DNA of 64,000 nucleotides from Curvularia clavata (Eukaryota): NCBI GenBank assembly GCA_023920165.1, contig CP089280.1, positions 1 to 64,000 of the forward strand, read 5' to 3'. Shown piece by piece: positions 63,219 to 64,000 of this stretch (position 1 is its first letter; each line of letters starts with the position of its first letter). The notes under the pieces were generated by a model. It saw only the letters and a program-made list of their open reading frames with translations, ran no database searches and was not told where the DNA came from. The position numbers and the translations under genes were made by a program.

Positions 63219-64000
63219 ATGTTACTCATCCTTATATCTGTACTTGTGCTTCAACAGGCTCTCACTGCTGCTCAGTATGTGAGTGATGTCAGTTGGCCCA
63301 ATTCTTTCCCAAAGCAACTCGCCATTGTCCGCCGCCGCCAGGGGTTGACTACTGCGGAGTATCTGTATCACCATACCATTGTCCACGGCCAAAAGGCTTG
63401 GAACGCTCCGGATAGTGTAGACCAACCTCTCGCTTACATCCAAGACCACATCTTCGATTCAGCCTATGGCATCAACACGACGACGAACTTGCCGCAACCC
63501 AAATATTTTGGCCATAATGATATAACGGAGTTGTACAGCCGTTCACAGGATGCTTTCTTCAACCCGCCACCAAACAACTATACGGCCACAGTTATCGGCC
63601 CAGATGGCAATGCCTTCAACGACTTTTCAGCCTCGATTAGCATGTATGCTATAGAGGTTTTTGAAAATGTCAACAACACTTGCCAGCCTTCTGATTCGTC
63701 TTTCAACGCTTTCTACTGGGCCTTTGCAAACGCTTCCACAGCCAACAGCTCCTTTTTCGACAACAGCACATTTGCCGCCACTATCATGCAAACACTCCTA
63801 GAGTCTTTGCCATCTAGCACTATTTACAACGCTAGCATCCACACTTCAGTACCAGGTCTCGACTCTCGTCCTTATTACGGCGGTTACAACAACCCAACTA
63901 TCAACGCTGTCTTGAAATTCTGGCTCTGTGATGGCAACCTAAGTGTTATGAGGTTCAGGAATGCAATGACTAGTCTTATTGCACACAATGACAACTTGGG
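63219..64000 (+). CDS. Secreted EthD-like domain protein; runs off the window end
   Basis: MLLILISVLVLQQALTAA signal, then VRRRQGLTTAEYLYHHTIVHG ... YIQDHIFD. The frame stays open to base 64000, so it is absent from the ORF track. Confidence 0.8.
   Translation, partial: MLLILISVLVLQQALTAAQYVSDVSWPNSFPKQLAIVRRRQGLTTAEYLYHHTIVHGQKAWNAPDSVDQPLAYIQDHIFDSAYGINTTTNLPQPKYFGHNDITELYSRSQDAFFNPPPNNYTATVIGPDGNAFNDFSASISMYAIEVFENVNNTCQPSDSSFNAFYWAFANASTANSSFFDNSTFAATIMQTLLESLPSSTIYNASIHTSVPGLDSRPYYGGYNNPTINAVLKFWLCDGNLSVMRFRNAMTSLIAHNDNL

Overview
Left end of a filamentous ascomycete chromosome, probably a Dothideomycete/Pleosporales-like fungus (inferred from gene content, intron signals and RIP). Bases 1-55 are an untrimmed Oxford Nanopore adapter and barcode. 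They are followed by a (CCCTAA)n telomere joined directly to a truncated, RIP-mutated Ty3/Gypsy element. The subtelomere holds four full-length RIP-inactivated pogo/Fot1-type DNA transposons (two nested insertions), several pseudogene relics, and accessory genes. Those genes are an FAD monooxygenase, a DUF2235 hydrolase, a secreted beta-propeller, a PAF-acetylhydrolase-like lipase, a CBM1-GH6 cellobiohydrolase, a P450, F-box-like proteins, an Old Yellow Enzyme, a GH3 beta-glucosidase, a MARVEL protein, a flavin amine oxidase and an EthD-like protein. The main finding is at 48.2-52.2 kb and is invisible to the ORF track. An apparent ~70-bp tandem repeat is a minus-strand gene whose 12 related introns separate eleven 3-nt, single-codon exons. 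It splices to a 47-aa secreted precursor, MRFIMLFSVFLPSLLYAAAVPQAKKESQETDLNAR-GFCGNCGVCVNC, with an (xxC)4 core. It lies head-to-head with a DUF3328/UstYa oxidase and next to an atypical hydrophobin-like gene, making a candidate RiPP-like three-gene system. All gene models were read by eye and need RNA evidence.
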